Shown in pieces: positions 12,935 to 27,040 of a DNA stretch of 64,000 nucleotides. The notes under the pieces are model-generated. The model was not told where the DNA came from. It saw nothing but the letters and a program-made list of their open reading frames with translations, and made no database searches. The stretch is from the NCBI RefSeq assembly GCF_001194135.2, contig NC_068988.1:71480802-71544801 (forward strand), read 5' to 3'. Positions within the stretch are counted from its first letter, which is position 1; each line of letters begins with the position of its first letter. Source of the stretch: Octopus bimaculoides. Its lineage: Eukaryota. Made by a program: the position numbers and the translations under genes.

Positions 12935-13040
12935 ACAACGGGCTTCTTTTCATTTACCATCACCACTGACGAAGTTTTATAGCGCCTGAGGCTATGATAA
13001 AACCCAGAACTATGTGGTTTTGAAGCTAACATTTTATCAC
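12935..13040 (-). mobile_element. Degenerate SINE family A fragment
   Basis: caacgggcttcttttcatttacc...ctgaggctatgataaaacccagaactatgtggtt matches the reverse complement of family A. Confidence 0.55.
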
Positions 13041-13813
13041 CTACCCACCTTTTAATTATGCTTTGATCCCCATCTACAGCAATTTTGAAATTCATCTCTT
13101 TGAATAAGTGATGAAATCCATTACCTTGTTTTACAAAACGTGTAGTTCTTCATAACAAAGAATGAGAAACACTGCAGAGAAGAGTCTCGAGCAAAATAAG
13201 TCTTAGAGTACAATTCTGTTAATTCACAACCACAGTTCCATCGTGCAATCTCTTATCTACATAAAGTAATTTATAGCCACTATGTTTAACCTCAAAATAA
13301 TCGTGATATACTAAAACTTGTTCAGCACCCGTAATATGGTTTGAATGTTTAAATATATTGAAAGAATTCTGATCCTTTCTGCAAAAGTGATTTAGTGAGA
13401 GACATTATCGATTTTAAGAATGTTAAGCGATATAAATGTATAAATGGGCTTGTTAACTACATTACTGATGTGTCTGGTAACCGATCAGCTATTATTACAT
13501 AGCAGGAAGAAATTTAACTGTCGAGTGCTGAAAATTAGAGAATCGAAAATATTTTACTTGCACTATCTATTTAATTTTCTCAGATTTTAAACTGGTGAAT
13601 GTTTTAAAATGCATATTGTATGAAGCACTAAATTTCCTACTCTACTATCTGTTTTAACCAAGTTGCTATTGCTTCTACTTCTAAATGAATAGCTTGGTAA
13701 CTGATAGAGCGGATATCCTAATAGCCATACGTGATGTTTATGATGTGTACAACTATTAGTTTCATACAGAACTTTAGAATATTTTGTGTGAAGAAACATG
13801 AATTTGTTAAATA

Positions 13814-14691
13814 TGAGGTCTGATCAATAAGTATACGGACTGTTGCCATAGTAACGAAGCTAAAGCACGCAGAGTAAGCCGCTTGGCACAGTCTCACCTT
13901 CATTTCTGTTGTGCATGCGCACTAAGTTTTAATGTTGTAGTTCACTTTCATTGTTTGCAGCAGTGCTTGAAAGCAACGTTTGTCGCGTGTGATCGTCGCA
14001 TTTAACATGACAGAGAAAGTTGTCAGAGACTTACGCAAAGTTACAGAAAGTGTATAGAGAGGGGTTTATGAGCCGCACACAAGTGTACGAATGGTTCAGA
14101 CATTTTCAAGATGAATGAAACAATGCCGATATTGATGAACATTTTGGGAGACCTGTAACCAGCAGAACTGAGAAAAACATCGCAGTTGTGCCTGCAGCTG
14201 TGAGCGGAAATCGACGAATCATCATCTGTGAGTTATCAGAAGATGTGCAGATTAGTTACTGTTCAGTTCAGTTCATTATCCCTGGAGATTTGGGTATGAG
14301 ACGCGTGTCTGCCAAGTTTGTGCCAAAACTGCTTTCAGCTGACCAATAAGACACTCGGGTTTCAGTTGCACAAGACCTCCTTGATCGTGTCGAGAACGAT
14401 GAAAACTTTCTGAAAACTTTGCGTAGGCTTTTGATCAGGTATTGCCAAGCTTTTGGCAAAATTTGACGAAGATTCTATGCTCAACTTTCTTTGTCTTGGT
14501 CAATGCAACGATCACAGGCTACACGCCTTCCCTCAAAGCACTGCTGTAAACAGCGGAAGTGAGCTACAAAGCTAAAACGTAGTGCACATGCAGAATAGAG
14601 TTCAAAGTCAATCTGCACCGAACGCCTTTACGCTGCGTGCTTCAACTTCGATACTATGGTAACAGTCCGTATACTTATTGATCAGGCCACG
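13814..14691 (+). mobile_element. Internally deleted mariner element
   Basis: Long TIRs tgaggtctgatcaataagtatacggactgttgccatagt / actatggtaacagtccgtatacttattgatcaggccacg, TA on both sides; translation IIPGDLGMRRVSAKFVPKLLSADQ*DTRVSVAQDLLDRVENDENFLK; no DD34D region left. Confidence 0.9.
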
Positions 14692-15370
14692 TATTTGTGG
14701 AATAAGTTCTGAGAATTGTTTCAAACTCAACTTTTCATAGTTAATTGTGATTAGTTCTTTCTTACAGATAACATTGAGACAAAACATTACATTTGGCTCA
14801 ATAAATTTCCTTGAAGTTTCTCACAACATATGTAAACTATTCAGGGACGTAAAACGCCATTCTACTATTTCACTCTTTCTATAGCAACCAGCGATTGAGG
14901 CACAATACACTTTCCCAGCCTGCACGGAATGCTAGCTAGATCTCTTTCAAAGCACAGCCTGCCGCCTAGAAATAGAGGCATTGCTCTTTTGTTGTCCTGA
15001 GTTATCTGCACATAGACGGGTACGAGAGGGGTACGAATAGAATGCTCGGTCAGAGATGATCTGACATTAAACAACAAAGACTACTATTTAAATATATCTG
15101 AAATTTATAGAATATTGATATTAGAAATTATAACTTTCGGCCCATTATAGAATACGCGTCATTATCCTTATTGACTTCTGAAGGGATTATTTCCCTTTCG
15201 CAGAAGGATAACTTTCGATCACAACATTTTGCTATTTTGAATACAAGACTACATGACAAATAAATAGTGAAAAGTGTGTGCGCGCGCACACACACACACA
15301 CAAACACACAGGAACACATGCACGCACACACATATATATGTGCACATATATATTTATATATATACACTTT

Positions 15371-15436
<66 letters not shown>

Positions 15437-15567
15437 NNNNNNNNNNNNNNNNNNNNNNNNNNNNNNNNNNNNNNNNNNNNNNNNNNNNNNNNNNNNNNNN
15501 NNNNNNNNNNNNNNNNNNNNNNNNNNNNNNNNNNNNNNNNNNNNNNNNNNNNNNNNNNNNNNNNNNN

Positions 15568-15615
<48 letters not shown>

Positions 15616-16346
15616 TTATATATATATATATAAAACATAATTGAGATTCAGTTGAATTAGGTACTTAAGTTGAAGTACCAAGTCATTCTGGTATTGTCCG
15701 CACATCTCGAAGGTGAATAAAATCAAAATAAGCAACAAGATACCAAGTAATGATGCAGTACGACTGTTTCAAGCGACTCCATTTAATTGCACAATGCAAT
15801 CATTACACCAATTTAAATGCAATGCCATCATCAGCTGAACAAATAAATAGATAAGTAGAATTTTAACCTGTTGGACTTTGCGTGTTTATTGTACTCTGCA
15901 GCTCATATCCAGTCACAATAAAATGAGTTAGGGATTATTTGGTTGACTTTGTATTTGCAAGATATTACGTCTAGTGTTCGAAGTTATTTTTCTACTCTAT
16001 GTTTTCTTGTCTGTTTTTCATTTCATTAACAATATTCTTAATGTATGTATCGAAGTAGACTTTTTTATTTTTTGTATAAATGATATAAATAATTTAAACA
16101 ATTACAATTCTAGGCTTTTTAAAATTAAATTTGATCTAATTTGCCCGAGCAAATTAATTAACTAAACTGATATAGGAATAATAATCTGTAAGCAGGGTTT
16201 TCGTAAATGAAAACCTAAATTATTGAGATAAATTGATTTAAATTAAGGAAGGTTTAAAACTCATATTCAGCTTTTCACTATTCACAGATAATTTTCTTTC
16301 ATAAACAAAATGTTTAAACGAACTATATTAAAATATAAATAATAAT

Positions 16347-16406
16347 AAAATAGAATTGAATTAAACAAAATAGAATTGAATTAAACAAAATAGAATTGAA
16401 TTAAAC
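16347..16406 (+). repeat. 20-bp tandem repeat x3 (aaaatagaattgaattaaac)
   Basis: Three exact units visible. Confidence 0.95.
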
Positions 16407-18277
16407 AATAATTATTGAATTCTTCCATTATGAGGTTTTTCATTTTGACTTTCGTTTACAATTTTGTTTCCAATTAAATGAGGTTCAGATTTTATTAATG
16501 CAATATTAATTATTCCGATTTCCTTCTCCACTTACTATTTATAATTACTTTTCCATGTTTAGAACAAGTCTGAAAGTTAGAAATCTCACATATCTTGCGG
16601 CCAATGTAAGCGTTTATACAAGCTGAGTCGCTTTTTTAGAGAAACATCATTTTTCATACTCTGTCTTACGTAGATGTTTATAACACTTATAATATTTTAT
16701 GGCAAAAATTTTAGTAGTTCCCATATTTATAATTTATAATTTGGTTCATGGAATTATTTGAATCGCTGTGAAGAGCCTTTCTTTATTAGAGATTACTTCA
16801 TAAAATTTACAATTGGTATTTAACTGTACTAGCAATGACGTTGATAACATCAGATATGTTTCAGTTTTAGTGATTCAGTTTAGAGCAACGTTCTATTTCT
16901 TTCCTTGTTCGCTAGACAGTAGACTGTGGATCTCACTACCTCTTGTCACGATAAAGATAGCACAGTTAAAAAAATAATGGCAAACAAAAAGGATTTGCCT
17001 ATATAACTTGAAAGATATGAGTTGTGTCGTTAATCAAGTTGGCAGGTATTTCAGAAACACTAACTTAACTGGATCCTAGAGTTTTATGATAATTTTTTTT
17101 ATGCACGATTATGGCTACGATTTCTTCAACTGAAACCATTATTGTTACCAAATATACTAAGGACAATGAGTGGTTGTCCAATGGAAGAACCATTTGTGTA
17201 TAAGACTTAATCACATGCGTCTTCACCTTAAAATAAATTATTGTCAAAGTATATTTGTTTCAATGGGCGATATCCTTCTCCCACAATATTTTCGTACCGA
17301 TAGAAGAGATCAATATTATATTCTTTACAAATTGTTGGGTTTAAGAATTTGTAGACAGGCGGAGTGATGAGTTCAAATACTACCGATGTAATACTACAGT
17401 AATCATGCTCTGAAGTAAATATATCGACTAAACGTTGTGAAGAATTATATAAACGGTATGGAGTAATTGAGTCTACAATACAAACTCTATTCTATTCTAT
17501 ACTCGTAGCTAAGATATCATTGTACCACTTCTGCTTCTTGTAGCCAGTATTTCTAGCTCCAGAAATAAACTTGCGGTGAGAAAGACAGATTTGTTATTAT
17601 ATCGGTATAATAAAACTTTCGGTAAAGGCTAAGAGCCGTTTCTTTTTAAGTTCTTAGAAAACCTAACTCAACACAGAGTTTTAATTTCAGTTTGAAGCTT
17701 TTTCTATACACTAATATTGATGATGTCCTTGAGAGAGGACAATTTCTTTAATGATTTGTCCAGTTTAAATATAATCCTCTTGCCTTGTGAGTAAGAATTA
17801 ATTATAAATTAAATATTACAAATGGTATACGCTAGATAGTGTTAAAAATACAAATCAAGTTATTGCTTGAAGTTCAAAGCAACTTATATAATGTTATTGT
17901 AACAGAACTTTAGAACACTGTGCAACGTATTAGTAGTTCTATATGGCATGTTCAAATTTGTGTCATTCATATCTTAAGAGAATTACTAAAAATAATAGAT
18001 TTAAAATCGTGTCGTGAGCATGGTTTATTGTATTCTATTCTTATTTAAAATCACGTTTGTGAAACATAATCGTTGTCGGTTACATAACGCCAACTAACCA
18101 GGCGCTGGTTCACTGAATTTCTGTGAGTTAGAATGAAATCGGTTTGTTCAGCTCAGAGAAACAATTACTATAGAGGGAGATTTAATTCTAAATCACTATT
18201 CTGATGTTATTTTGGATTTAGGCGCTGATCTTAACATTTTGCAATGGTATACGGCCACGCGCACGCACGCACGAACG

Positions 18278-18364
<87 letters not shown>

Positions 18365-19591
18365 TAGACGTTGATTTTCTGTTCTCCTGAACGATGAACA
18401 TTTATTTATTCAGCAACTTCAACTCCTCCTCATAAAACTAGTAGATATTGTGTATAAATAAATATATACGTGTAACATCAACAGAATTCTTACACCTTTG
18501 ACGTATATTTATGCAGGACATTTTAAGTGTATTTCTATGTTTATTCGTGTATATACACAAGTATAGTAATATATACATCTATGCACATACGGACGTATTG
18601 CATATAATATATATATCTTTTAGAAAATCATAAATCCGGAGAAGCACACTCAAAGAAGTGGAGCATTCTATACTTATTACTGGTGAAGGCCTTCACCAGA
18701 AATATATATATACATACATACATATATACATATATATATATATTTATATATATATNNNNNNNNNNTTTTTCACAGAAGAGCTAAGAAAAGGGGGAGAAAG
18801 AACGGTGATCGAAGAACGAGGGGCTGTGTGTGTGGGAGATAGAATGCTGGTGATCTTGACGTATGTGTGTGTGTGGAAATGGGGAAGGGAGAAAGGAGTT
18901 GGTCAGTTGTCGTGTGTGCGTAGTGTGATGTGAGGGTGTTGGTGTGATGTGATGTGAGGGTGTTGGGAGGTGGAGAAGGCATGGGTGGAGTGTTGGTTAG
19001 GCTTAGGGTGGGTGTAGAGGTGGGGGTATGTGGNNNNNNNNNNNNNNNNNNNNNNNNNNNNNNNNNNNNNNNNNNNNNNNNNNNNNNNNNNNNNNNNNNN
19101 NNNNNNNNNNNNNNNNNNNNNNNNNNNNNNNNNNNNNNNNNNNNNNNNNNNNNNNNNNNNNNNNNNNNNNNNNNNNNNNNNNNNNNNNNNNNNNNNNNNN
19201 NNNNNNNNNNNNNNNNNNNNNNNNNNNNNNNNNNNNNNNNNNNNNNNNNNNNNNNNNNNNNNNNNNNNNNNNNNNNNNNNNNNNNNNNNNNNNNNNNNNN
19301 NNNNNNNNNNNNNNNNNNNNNNNNNNNNNNNNNNNNNNNNNNNNNNNNNNNNNNNNNNNNNNNNNNNNNNNNNNNNNNNNNNNNNNNNNNNNNNNNNNNN
19401 NNNNNNNNNNNNNNNNNNNNNNNNNNNNNNNNNNNNNNNNNNNNNNNNNNNNNNNNNNNNNNNNNNNNNNNNNNNNNNNNNNNNNNNNNNNNNNNNNNNN
19501 NNNNNNNNNNNNNNNNNNNNNNNNNNNNNNNNNNNNNNNNNNNNNNNNNNNNNNNNNNNNNNNNNNNNNNNNNNNNNNNNNNNNNNNNNNN

Positions 19592-19645
<54 letters not shown>

Positions 19646-20603
19646 GTATATATATACATTCACACACACACTCAAAGATATCTCTATAAGTACATGTTTA
19701 TATCTATGCATACATACACACACCACCCATGCATAAGTGCATATTATGCTTTTTTTAAATAATTAATTAATATAATTAAAGATTCATCTCCGTGGTTAAA
19801 TAGATTGGGAAAGGGTTGGTCAGTTTAGCCACTACTCATGAGTATTTGTCCTTCAGACTACAAAAAAAGGAATTTAAAAAGAAAAAGCAAGTCACAATGC
19901 TCTCACAATTATATTTCCAAGTTTATCTATTTCTGGTAGGCTATTTTGTTTTGAATGTATTTTAAAACTCCAACCTGGAATTTTCTAAAAGAAAAGTGAG
20001 CCAAGTACAGAAGAGGGAAAACAGCTGTTCTTACAGAATTTCGGAATCTAGAGTAAGGTCCAACAACAATGTGGTAAAAAGGTTTTAGCAACAGTTTGAG
20101 ATCATCTTTAACATATATACAATCAAATCCATATAGAATTCTTATAGGTGGAATTTCAAAAAAAAATATATATATAGTTATGTAAATTTGCTGTGGCCTT
20201 TTATTGTGAAGTATAGTTCTGTTATTTTTCGGAACTTTGAATTTTCCTTCATTTTCCGAATGTTTCCTTTTTTTCAAGCGTTTAGTTTTGGTGTGAACTT
20301 CTTTATGACGTGTAGTCCCATTGTTGTCCGGAAGTTTAGGTCGTTCCTCGAGTATTTGTAGAAGGGGAACATTTTGAATATTCCTTCTTCCACATATTTC
20401 CAAATGTTTGCTCAGTAGAATTTTCCGTAGCTCCTCTTGTCGGATGCGCTGTCTGGATTCTTGCACGTTGGCAAAAGAAATTGTTGGTTTCTCCAATATA
20501 ATGTGTATGTGTGTGTGTGTATGCATGTGTGTGTATATATGTGTGTGTATGTATATGTAAGTATATATATATGTACGTGTGTGCATGTGTGTATATGTGT
20601 ATG

Positions 20604-20645
<42 letters not shown>

Positions 20646-20691
20646 CATACACATATACACACATGCACACATGCACACATATACACACATG

Positions 20692-20722
<31 letters not shown>

Positions 20723-21652
20723 NNNNNNNNNNNNNNNNNNNNNNNNNNNNNNNNNNNNNNNNNNNNNNNNNNNNNNNNNNNNNNNNNNNNNNNNNNNNNN
20801 NNNNNNNNNNNNNNNNNNNNNNNNNNNNNNNNNNNNNNNNNNNNNNNNNNNNNNNNNNNNNNNNNNNNNNNNNNNNNNNNNNNNNNNNNNNNNNNNNNNN
20901 NNNNNNNNNNNNNNNNNNNNNNNNNNNNNNNNNNNNNNNNNNNNNNNNNNNNNNNNNNNNNNNNNNNNNNNNNNNNNNNNNNNNNNNNNNNNNNNNNNNN
21001 NNNNNNNNNNNNNNNNNNNNNNNNNNNNNNNNNNNNNNNNNNNNNNNNNNNNNNNNNNNNNNNNNNNNNNNNNNNNNNNNNNNNNNNNNNNNNNNNNNNN
21101 NNNNNNNNNNNNNNNNNNNNNNNNNNNNNNNNNNNNNNNNNNNNNNNNNNNNNNNNNNNNNNNNNNNNNNNNNNNNNNNNNNNNNNNNNNNNNNNNNNNN
21201 NNNNNNNNNNNNNNNNNNNNNNNNNNNNNNNNNNNNNNNNNNNNNNNNNNNNNNNNNNNNNNNNNNNNNNNNNNNNNNNNNNNNNNNNNNNNNNNNNNNN
21301 NNNNNNNNNNNNNNNNNNNNNNNNNNNNNNNNNNNNNNNNNNNNNNNNNNNNNNNNNNNNNNNNNNNNNNNNNNNNNNNNNNNNNNNNNNNNNNNNNNNN
21401 NNNNNNNNNNNNNNNNNNNNNNNNNNNNNNNNNNNNNNNNNNNNNNNNNNNNNNNNNNNNNNNNNNNNNNNNNNNNNNNNNNNNNNNNNNNNNNNNNNNN
21501 NNNNNNNNNNNNNNNNNNNNNNNNNNNNNNNNNNNNNNNNNNNNNNNNNNNNNNNNNNNNNNNNNNNNNNNNNNNNNNNNNNNNNNNNNNNNNNNNNNNT
21601 CATTCTGACTACTTTAATACTCTATATATGTATATATATATATATATATATA

Positions 21653-22095
21653 TACTCTTTTATTCTTTTACTTGTTTTACTCACTTGACTGCGACCATGC
21701 TGGAGCACCGCCTTTAGTAGAGCAAATCGACCACAGAACTTATCCTTTGTAATCCTAGTAGTTATTCTATCCGTCTCTTTGGCTGAATCGCTAAGATACC
21801 GTGAAGTAAACACTCCAGCATCGGTTGTCAAGTGATGTTAGGGGGACAAACAGATACATAAACATGCACACACACAAATATACACGCACATATATATGTA
21901 ACCCTGTCGTATATATATACGACGGGCTTTTTGCAGGTTCCATCTAACAAATCTACTCACAACCCATTGTGAGTAGATTTGGCCAGCCCAAGGCTATAGT
22001 AGAAAAACACTTCCCCAAGATTCCACACTATAGGTCTGAACCTAGAACCATGTGGATTGTAAGCAAGCTACTTACTACACAGCCACTTCTGCGCT
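21653..22095 (-). mobile_element. SINE family A, full two-module copy
   Basis: Tail tactcttttattcttttacttg, right module, internal (CA)/(TA) tract, left module ending cagccacttctgcgc. Confidence 0.85.
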
Positions 22096-22160
<65 letters not shown>

Positions 22161-22349
22161 GAAGGCAGACACTTTCTCAAGTTGTTATGCAACAACACAG
22201 TGAATCTGGAACCATGTGGCTACAAGCCAACTTCTTTTCACATAGCTACGCTTGCGCATATATTTTTTTCATATTGGAAGATACAGACCGGCACGAAGCC
22301 ACATGTTCCCAGAATAAATGCTATTAACCTCAGCACACACCCACAAACC

Positions 22350-22385
<36 letters not shown>

Positions 22386-23793
22386 GTACACATACATACA
22401 TAAATGCATACATACATATTTACATAATATATGTACGCATGCGTATATTCATTTATGACGAGATCCTCCGTACAGTTTCCATCTAGTCTCCGAAGTATGG
22501 TAGAAGACGTTTGTCAGATGTGCAATACAGTTGATGGAGGCGGGAACTACGTGGCTGCGGTGCGAATTTCTCAACAAAACAATTATGGCCGCTTAATGGT
22601 ACGGTACTGGCTTGTTTTGCATATGTCTAAATAAACAAAACCGAAACTGTCGAGAAAGATGAGACGAAAATTAAGAATTGCTAGAAGAAACAATTATTGA
22701 AATTTTATTAATCTTCGACAAAACTCATCGTACACTTTTGTTGCAGAAAAATAGTTAACACAAAAGAGACATAATTAGGGAAGGAAATAAGAAGTACTCT
22801 GACAATCAATGGGATATAAATAGCTTTAAATAGTTTTTCGTGTCTAGACAATGATTAAGTCATCACTTTTAAATTGTATTTGCACTAGATAAGAACGCTT
22901 CGGACGTAACCCGAATATGTTATGTGTTATAACCACAATGTATGCTGCAATTCATTTGGTATTGAATTTTATTACCGTCGATTTTTTACAAAGTTGATTT
23001 TTATCTAATTTTGAGAAGTAAAATAATAAAACAGCATTAACATACTGTGACATTTCAGTAACATATTTATTTCAGTTAAAAAATGTCTTGGAAAATGGAT
23101 AATAAAAGAATATTGAATTTTGTGTACAGAACATAAAGTATCCTAGAAGTATTAATACAAAAAACATTTACGTTTTTCATGGCAAAAAATCCTTTACCTC
23201 AGTGTAAAAACAATTACACTAATACATACATATATAATAAGGAAAATCATTTCCATGTACGCGCGCACACATACACACAAGCACACACATATTCGTTAAT
23301 TAAGCATAGTAATGATGGTTAATATCGAAAATATTGGCGGATGATTATAAGAAATGTGTTTATAACTAATAGCAGTTTCTGTATCTTACTTAATATGGAT
23401 GTTTTATAAGAGTGCCGTTAGACTTCAGAATTCGTGCTGAGGAAATCTCACGTATAGACATCTAGTGCACAGCAGCACAAGGATATGGGCAGTAGACAGG
23501 AAATGTCCAGCAACGATATAAGAAACTACTATATCAGGTACTTTCAGCGTGTTTTGCGCCTTCTCAGCAGTAGATTCGACTAACCGCATGCTAGTTAAAT
23601 CTCCCTTCCATCGAGATCCTGAGAAAGAACATCTATTCAGTAAGTGCTGACGCTATCAGCCGACAGGCCTGGCGAAAACACTACGATATCACGTGAACCT
23701 GTTAAATCACGAATTTGAACTTAGAATGAAAAGACGGACAGAATGCCGCTAAGTATTTTTCCGGCATACTAACGATACTGCCACCTGGTTACT

Positions 23794-23795
23794 TC

Positions 23796-23875
<80 letters not shown>

Positions 23876-23885
23876 TAATAATAAT
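23794..23885 (+). repeat. (AAT)n microsatellite abutting a minus-strand SINE family C head (23720-23793)
   Basis: Direct. Confidence 0.95.
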
Positions 23886-24329
23886 GCGGGATGTTTAACA
23901 TGTGAGAACGGTAAAACACTGCACCAAAATCAATCCCAAAACATCGGGAATAAAACAGTAAATGGAACCTAAAATAACTGACAAGGTGTTGGACTATATC
24001 CGTGTTAGTAATACTCATTAAAATATATTTTTATTTTCCAAATGAAATGATGTACTATAATTGTGTACCATCTCTGTCACTCGCACAATACGTATAACTA
24101 TGCTCGCAATATTACGGTTCAAATGAACAACAGACTGTCTCCGTCTCCAACCATCATACACAAAAAAAAAACAGGAAAATAAATTAAATAGCACCCGTAT
24201 TATTCAACCCAAGAATGACAAACGAAAATTGCGTACTTCAAACTTATTACACAAAAAGTACGAAAATCTACACGTGCAAAACCATTTAACACCAGAAATG
24301 AACGGACTAGTCCCTTAAGAAAATGATGA

Positions 24330-25064
24330 CCACCAAAATAAAGGGTTGGACGTTACCCCTGATGTCCCGCAAATAAAATCAAAAAATCATAAATGGACAT
24401 AAGAGTAATATATTTCTATCATCTATGCTTATTTCACAGCAGTGCTCTACTCACAGAACGAAAGCACAGCAATATATACATATAAAATATGGAAGGAAAA
24501 TAGCCTAGATTTGGATATGTTGATGAACCAACATAAGAAGATACATTTGTAAAAAAAAAAGAAATATCAGAAATTGAAATAGAGCATTTGAAAGAAGAAG
24601 TGCACCAGGAAAACGTAGACCGTGACCATACAACAATGCCAAATAATAACATAAGTCCTGCGACTGTAAAAGATAGACGTAACATGTGCAACGGAAACGC
24701 AGTAAGTAACGAAGCACAACAAACATAAACTGTACGAATGCATGATGATGAACAAAATACACCAAACCAAAGCACCAGAGACAAAAATATATAATCGTGA
24801 AAGTATGCGGCACAAACCTAAAATCTGGAAAAGGTGCATTAAGTATGATTAAAAAAACATTCAGACAAATACATAAGCAAAGCAGCACGACATACAAACG
24901 TATATAACATACAGAAAATAGCACTACTAGACACCGCGCACACACGACGTAAAGCACTAACAATACTGGAGCAAAAAGAGCACCACAAGCCACAGAACAT
25001 ACCCAAGCCACACACAGCTGCGTTCGGTAGTGCAGTGAAAGCACGTGATAAAAATACGACTGCG

Positions 25065-25095
<31 letters not shown>
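24330..25095 (+). mobile_element. R4/Dong-like RLE LINE, internally deleted (N-terminal ORF piece joined to C-terminus, 3' UTR and (AAT)n tail)
   Basis: N-terminal KWT*E*YISIIYAYF...EIEIEHLKEEV; C-terminal NIQKIALLDTAHTRRKALTI; UTR ending gcggaataataataat. Confidence 0.7.
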
Positions 25096-25096
<1 letters not shown>

Positions 25097-25431
25097 GGGA
25101 TGACGGGAGAATGACAGCGAAACGGGCTGATTACTACCTAGCTCATATACCAGGAAACCCCAAAATGGCTGAAGTTCAAAAGATAGTGCTCATGGGAACT
25201 GCCCATATCCTACGTAAAATACTGTCTATGTGATCGCAAATTTTAAAACAAACACATAATTTTATTATGGTTTCATAAATATTCTCTAGAACAACACTAT
25301 GTACAAATCGAAATATATGGTACTCTAGACATAACACCTACATGAACTTCTAACTTGTTGTCTCTTGAGGTCTCTGGGTGAGACTTGGATCCAACTTGTA
25401 CAAATGCAAAGCAAAAGTCAAACATTAAATG

Positions 25432-25494
<63 letters not shown>
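25096..25494 (+). mobile_element. R4/Dong-like LINE 3' end, second subfamily, with (AAT)n tail
   Basis: IPGNPKMAEVQKIVLMGTAHILRKILSM* followed by UTR gaggtctctgggtgagacttgg...aaacattaaatg(ataata)n. Confidence 0.85.
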
Positions 25495-25495
<1 letters not shown>

Positions 25496-25700
25496 GGAAA
25501 CCGTAGATAGTGACCATAACACAATGACAAATAATGACATAAATACTGGGACTGTAAAAGATACACGTAACAGGTGCAACAAAAGCGAAGTATGGATATG
25601 AGGTGACGGGTGCTTGATACCAACGTACACCGAAAATGCAATGGACGAAACGATGGAGGCAAACATCTTATCAAACGGGTAGTCATGATAAGTATACTAG
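25495..25700 (+). mobile_element. R4/Dong-like N-terminal ORF fragment
   Basis: Homologous to 24607-24700 (gaaaccgtagatagtgaccataacacaatg...gactgtaaaagatacacgtaac). Confidence 0.6.
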
Positions 25701-25879
25701 GCTTCGTATATTTTACCCCCAGTGTCCTCCATCCTTCTTTGTTTTGTTTTTCCGCTTATTGGTGCATGATTAAACAAGCTCCATTCATTCAGGTCATTCT
25801 TACTACATTCGCACACGATTTTACAAATTTACTGAAGAACGGCTCCGTTGTCTCTGCCCTTACTTTCCTTTCCAAGTGG

Positions 25880-27040
25880 AACTTGAATGAATCGATGTAG
25901 TCTTGGCCGAAATGAGAAGTGTTTACCTTCAATCTTTTCAGTTTAGTCCATTACACAACCTCTTTCTACATAGCTACCAGCCAGAGGAAAACTGCCTGCT
26001 CGGCCAAAGGAAGAAGGCGAATGATCTTCGCGATGGTACTGGCCAATAGCTAGATCCGTCCTACACTTAATAGTAACTGTTCTAATTAACTCCACACGTC
26101 ATCTATATCCAGCACTGCACGAGCGCGTGCATGATGGCTTCGTAACTTTGTGCGAATCTTGGGCAAGCCCGACTGACGGCACTTCCATGCCTGAAGAACT
26201 TCTTTCGAAACAGCAATGCTCCTTTGTAGCAACGCCAACTCAGGAATTTCTGGAAATTATCTATAGGTCCTGACACGAAAATCTTCCGAAAAAGAACAAG
26301 TGAGACATTTATCATTGGCTCCCAGAATCTTACTTCTCTAAGCATCCACCGATTGCATTGCCCGACAGGCAGAGGGCTGTGAGCACGTGAGAGTATTCTA
26401 AGTGCCAGATGCAACTATACCAACTCACCGTCAAGTAAACCTAAGCGCATGTTTGAATGTCATTAGCAACGGCACTCCCAGTCCTTCACGTGGCACATGT
26501 TGACAGTAAATAGACTGTCAGACTAGCAGAATGCGTCCCCAGATCAGAAAACGGAAGGACAAGCGTTCCTTTCTGATCAGCTATTATTCAGGGCAATGAA
26601 CGACGGCCAGGTAGTTGCGGATAACGGATCAAACATAGGGATTTGACCTTCCACGGATAGTTTCCTCTCCGCCCACTTCTTGATGAAACTAGCCACAGTG
26701 CCCGTCAACTCTTCCCCGTTCTTGTCCATCTGGAAACTGAGAGGAAATTTAATCGGATTGTCTGTCCAACGCCCTACAACACTTTTTGGTTGCATGTATT
26801 TGCTCCCAGGGGCCCGAGCTGAAGGCTTAACGACTTCTTAAATTTTCCTGTCACCGCCTCATATGCGGTGTCGACAAACTCGATGTCGACAAACCCGGTG
26901 TTTTCCTCGTGAAGCACTATTAGGGTGTTGTCTTCTGCATATGCAAACACGGATCTTCCGTATCCTAGTTCTCGCAGGATGCTCCTGGAAGCCTTTTGGT
27001 TTGTGGTTGTCGCTTTTGGTAGTACGTTCAAAACAAAATA
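25880..27040 (-). mobile_element. 5'-truncated, decayed Tx1/L1-clade non-LTR retrotransposon (RT C-terminal half and Cys-rich tail)
   Basis: VFAYAEDNTLIV (YADD-like), YEAVTGKFKKSLSLQLG, VVGRWTDNPIK, KKWAERKLSVEGQ, SWRCYKGAL, RHG...CPRFAQ...HALVQC. Confidence 0.8.

Noticed and set aside
16347-16406. Short direct repeats as a possible CRISPR-like array
   Set aside because: No spacers and a eukaryotic context; simple minisatellite
18117-18167. Hairpin tttctgtgagtt...agctcagagaaa as a possible pre-miRNA
   Set aside because: Stem only ~12 bp and no known mature miRNA recognised
23525-23575. Hammerhead-like string on the minus strand (ctgagaaggcgcaaaacacgctgaaagtac)
   Set aside because: Core lacks a nucleotide and helix III does not pair; at best a dead relic
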